Shown piece after piece: positions 45,950 through 48,963 of a stretch of DNA of 48,963 bases. A model generated the notes under the pieces. The model saw only the letters and a list, made by a program, of their open reading frames with translations, did not search any database and had not been told where the DNA came from. Position numbers and translations under genes: made by a program. Numbering within the stretch: the stretch's first letter is position 1; every line of letters begins with the position of its first letter. The stretch is from an uncultured Alphaproteobacteria bacterium (GTDB lineage Bacteria; Pseudomonadota; Alphaproteobacteria; CAAHEQ01; UBA3637). Location of the stretch: the NCBI GenBank assembly GCA_905236245.1, contig CAJOPC010000021.1, positions 1 to 48,963 of the forward strand. Reading direction: 5' to 3'.

Positions 45950-46504
45950 TTGAGAACGGTACCGACTTTGTATATTGCACAAACTGCTGATGGTATTGGA
46001 CTTCCTTTGCCGTCATATACGAGTCGTTATCATGTGGGATTAAATCTTCAAGCTGCAATTCCTTCTGCAATGCGATTGGAGCCAGGGGAAAGAGTTGTTG
46101 TTCCTTGTGGTTTTGAGATAGGAATTCCAGATGGTTATTGTGGTCAAATTTTAAGTAATGCCGCTATGGCGCAAGCACACGGATTGATTATTTTGGGTGG
46201 TCCTCAACTTGTGCATCCGGCAGATCGTGGTCCTTTATTTTTGTTGCTTCAAAATATATCGGCAAAACAGGTTGTGTTGCATCGTGGAGATGTTGTGGCA
46301 CAATTGATTATTTGCCCCGTTGTTCAAGTTGCGTGGCGTGATTTAACAAGAAAGGATAGTTATTTGGCTCCCACAACAGATGTTGATGGCTTAGTTTTAG
46401 ATGCAGCAGAAGTTCAAAGTGAAGGAGCAACAGAAAAAACACCCTCTAAACGGGTTTATAAAAGCCCCAGGAATCGATTTGCAAGTGAAGAGGAAGAAGA
46501 ATGA
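45950..46504 (+). CDS. dUTPase-fold protein with degenerate catalytic motifs
   Basis: LPLPSY, GLNL.AA, LEPGER.VVP.G..I.IP.GY.GQI and RGD.VAQL frame retained; motifs 2, 3 and 5 altered; AGGAG RBS with TTG start. Confidence 0.8.
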   Translation: MRTVPTLYIAQTADGIGLPLPSYTSRYHVGLNLQAAIPSAMRLEPGERVVVPCGFEIGIPDGYCGQILSNAAMAQAHGLIILGGPQLVHPADRGPLFLLLQNISAKQVVLHRGDVVAQLIICPVVQVAWRDLTRKDSYLAPTTDVDGLVLDAAEVQSEGATEKTPSKRVYKSPRNRFASEEEEE

Positions 46505-46980
46505 AAATCGTTAGAATTTGTTTGTTGTTGGGCTTTTTTTTCGTTTTGCCAACCCTCGCGGCGGAAAATTTAGGTTTTTATTCTTTAAAGACGGATTTGG
46601 TAAATTTACGTGCCGGTCCGGCAGAACGTTTCCCCATTAAATGGGTTTATCAAGAGCGTAATTATCCTGTAGAGGTTATTGATACTTTTGAAATGTGGCG
46701 TCAGGTTCGAGAGGCAGATGGAACGATTGGTTGGATACATGAAAAGATGTTAAAGCCCACTCGGTATGTGGTGATTCAAGATGAGGACAAATTGTTGTCT
46801 AGTCCTAGTGTGTCTGGTAAAGTTATTGCCTATGTTCAGCCGGGTGTTATTGGACATGTGCATTCTTGCCCGGCCGGGGATTATTGCCTTTTGCAATTTG
46901 TTCACAAAGATCATAAAGTTGAAGGATGGTTTCCTCGTCGTCTTGTGTGGGGGCTTTATGAAGGCGAAGTTATTGAATAA
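46501..46980 (+). CDS. Secreted tandem bacterial SH3 (SH3_4) domain protein
   Basis: SLK...VNLRAGP...PI.WVY, PVEVI..FE.WR.VR..DG..GW and GW.....VWG. Confidence 0.88.
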   Translation: MKIVRICLLLGFFFVLPTLAAENLGFYSLKTDLVNLRAGPAERFPIKWVYQERNYPVEVIDTFEMWRQVREADGTIGWIHEKMLKPTRYVVIQDEDKLLSSPSVSGKVIAYVQPGVIGHVHSCPAGDYCLLQFVHKDHKVEGWFPRRLVWGLYEGEVIE

Positions 46981-47268
46981 TTATTCGCATTTATAGATGG
47001 CAGTTGCCGGATTAAATAAACGACATGAAAAATAATGTTTTTCCACATAAACGGCTTTTTTGTTTGTGCGTGCACAGGCCGCTTGTGCCAAAGGCAGCGT
47101 TTCTTCTTGATTATGCCACAGCGGATTATAGCAAATAACAGGTTGCTTGTTGGAAGATTGGCCTACTGGATTAACAGAGCCGGCTTCTCGACGCATATCC
47201 TCAAAGGGCTCAAATTGCGAACAAGCGCTCAATAAAAAAACAGCTATTAAAATAAGACTTTTTTTCAT
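46981..47268 (-). CDS. Small Cys-containing lipoprotein
   Basis: Lipobox LSAC and four further Cys; overlaps the mscS stop. Confidence 0.7.
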   Translation of the reverse strand: MKKSLILIAVFLLSACSQFEPFEDMRREAGSVNPVGQSSNKQPVICYNPLWHNQEETLPLAQAACARTNKKAVYVEKHYFSCRLFNPATAIYKCE

Positions 47269-48209
47269 TTTTCTAAATGGACAACCTGTTGTGGATATGG
47301 AATCTCGATATTGTTTTCTTTAAATGCATCCCAAATGGCAAACATCAAGTTGCTTTTAACAACCAAACCTTGCGTCACATTCTTTAAAATAGCGCGTAAC
47401 TCAAGTTTGACGCAACTATCTGCAAAGTCTGTTAATAATACGAACGGGGCAGGATCTTGCTGTAAAGCAGGTTCATTTTGTGCCACGGAAAGTAAAATGC
47501 GTTCAACAAGTCGTAAGTCTGAATTATATGAAACGCCTACCGAAATAATAATACGGCCTAAACGATCTCCCTTCGTAATGTTTTCCAAATTTTGTGACAA
47601 AACCTCAGAGTTTGGAATTAAGATTCGTGTTTTTGCAAATGTTTCAAGTTCTGTTGAACGAATATGAATACTTTTGACAATTCCTTCTTGTCCGCTGATC
47701 TTAATCCAGTCACCTTTTTGAATTGGACGTTCGAATAAAATCAAAAGACCGGAAATAAAATTATTCACAATATGTTGTAAGCCAAAACCGATTCCAACGG
47801 ACAAGGCACCGATAATGACTGCTAAGCTTTGTAGATTAACTCCTAACAACGATAAGCCGCCCCATGTGGCAATCACCCAACCTAGATAGCCGAGTAGCGT
47901 CACAAACGAGTAGTAAATACCTTTGTCGATTTTGTCATGGCGCTTGATCCAGTTAATCATAGCTTTTTTGATAATGCGGAAAACGGTTAAAATAACCCAC
48001 ACAAACAAAATTGCTTTTAAAATTGCCGTGTAATTTATTTTATCCCATTTAAAATTTGGAAAGATAACAGCAATTGTTTCCGGATGCCAGACAGCATAGC
48101 CGATTAAAATTAGCAGAATAATCCATAGTAAGATATTATTCAAAATCACAAGCCAATTGGGCATCATAAAAGGGGATGAATCTGTGGCTCGTTTTTTGAA
48201 TATGTTCAT
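47265..48209 (-). CDS. mscS: Small-conductance mechanosensitive channel
   Basis: GALSVGIGFGLQ..NNFISG, ERP..GDWI, IPNS and IEIPYPQ. Confidence 0.93.
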   Translation of the reverse strand: MNIFKKRATDSSPFMMPNWLVILNNILLWIILLILIGYAVWHPETIAVIFPNFKWDKINYTAILKAILFVWVILTVFRIIKKAMINWIKRHDKIDKGIYYSFVTLLGYLGWVIATWGGLSLLGVNLQSLAVIIGALSVGIGFGLQHIVNNFISGLLILFERPIQKGDWIKISGQEGIVKSIHIRSTELETFAKTRILIPNSEVLSQNLENITKGDRLGRIIISVGVSYNSDLRLVERILLSVAQNEPALQQDPAPFVLLTDFADSCVKLELRAILKNVTQGLVVKSNLMFAIWDAFKENNIEIPYPQQVVHLEK

Positions 48210-48212
48210 GAT

Positions 48213-48722
48213 TTATTCCGCTGATAAAGGGGATTTTAAACAGTCTTCAATAGCCGCACAAGCCTCAGCTTCTGTCATTTTATGAATGACGGCATATTCT
48301 GGAGCCAAACGACCCAAGGCCTTTTCATAAAGTTGACGCTCGCTATATGTTTGAGTTGCTATTTCTGGATTTTTATATAAATCTCTCAAAACTTCTGCTA
48401 AGGAAACAGGGTCTCCTGAACCAATCTTGGCAATATATTCTGCGGAACGTTTACTCCATTGAACGCGTTTTGTCTTTGTCTTTGTGCGTAAAACGTTTTC
48501 AACAGTTTCCATTGTAATGGGGGTTGCTACTTGACGCAAGCCTTTTTCTACGGCCTGATCAGAAGGGATTTTCATTGTCATTTTGTCTTTTGTAAAATGT
48601 ATCGCAATCAAATCTAAATCCTGTCCGGCGACAGTTGTAGTTTGTCGCTCTGTCACTTGCCCTACACCATGCGCAGGATAAACAACAAAATCACCGGGAT
48701 TGAATGTATAATTCTTCGACAT
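48213..48722 (-). CDS. carD: CarD family transcriptional regulator
   Basis: GDFVVYPAHGVG, GLR, WSKR, SGD...AEV.RDL and YSERQLYE.A..RL. Confidence 0.94.
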   Translation of the reverse strand: MSKNYTFNPGDFVVYPAHGVGQVTERQTTTVAGQDLDLIAIHFTKDKMTMKIPSDQAVEKGLRQVATPITMETVENVLRTKTKTKRVQWSKRSAEYIAKIGSGDPVSLAEVLRDLYKNPEIATQTYSERQLYEKALGRLAPEYAVIHKMTEAEACAAIEDCLKSPLSAE

Positions 48723-48838
48723 CTTTTCTCCGTTTCATTTTCGTTTTCCCTCAACAGCGCCAGTATAGCACGTTTTATAACGAAAGACCAGCAAAAAATG
48801 ACAAAAATAAAAAAGATTTTGTTTTGATAAGAAAAAGA

Positions 48839-48867
48839 TTGCTTTTTAAGTTAAAATTTGATAAAAT
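48839..48867 (+). promoter_or_regulatory. Sigma70 promoter of the tRNA
   Basis: TTGCTT, 17 bp, TAAAAT followed by GC-rich agcgcc discriminator. Confidence 0.6.
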
Positions 48868-48885
48868 AGCGCCGTGTATTGTATG

Positions 48886-48962
48886 GGGCCTGTAGCTCAG
48901 TTGGTTAGAGCTGTCCGCTCATAACGGATAGGTCGTGGGTTCAAGTCCTACCGGGCCCACCA
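48886..48962 (+). tRNA. tRNA with CAT anticodon, most likely tRNA-Ile2 (lysidine)
   Basis: 77-nt cloverleaf, acceptor GGGCCTG/CGGGCCC, TTCAA T-loop and encoded CCA; paired G1-C72 excludes fMet; C4-G69/C5-G68 are typical of TilS substrates. Confidence 0.88.
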
Positions 48963-48963
48963 A

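Noticed and set aside
48704-48895. 63-aa ORF upstream of the tRNA
   Set aside because: Spans the carD/tRNA divergent promoter region and overlaps both genes; no RBS or motif
48886-48962. tRNA as island attachment site, or as tRNA-Met
   Set aside because: No duplicated tRNA 3' end seen in the window and core genes separate it from the T4SS; acceptor-stem features fit Ile2 better than fMet or elongator Met

Overview
AT-rich chromosomal window from an alphaproteobacterium. The gene order, DUF1150/DUF4164/SH3_4 genes, LptD type and tRNA-Ile2 type point to this group; a streamlined host-associated lineage is my inference. Bases 1-25.6 kb and 46-49 kb are compact housekeeping genes (dnaA, ruvC, yebC, zapA, ybaB-recR, lepA, folD, surA, xerD, aroK, rsmI, hemW, hpf-ptsN, rnhA, infC, mscS, carD, tRNA-Ile2), with many usual operon neighbours missing. 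Bases 25.6-46.5 kb hold an unusual chromosomal type IV secretion (VirB-like) locus. It starts with five tandem secreted proteins sharing a VirB5/TrbJ-like C-terminal helical region (one is about 1330 aa) and a secreted coiled-coil protein. These are followed by virB8-virB7-virB8-virB9-virB10-virB11, the order of the Rickettsia rvh core islet. VirB9 carries a C-terminal SPOR domain, VirB10 is 2164 aa with an Ig-like domain and roughly 85-90 17-aa repeats, and a catalytically degenerate dUTPase sits where virD4 would be. A second notable oddity is an in-frame LptF-LptD fusion joined by an intact internal signal peptide, with lptG absent. All family calls come from motif recognition by eye; no database searches were run.
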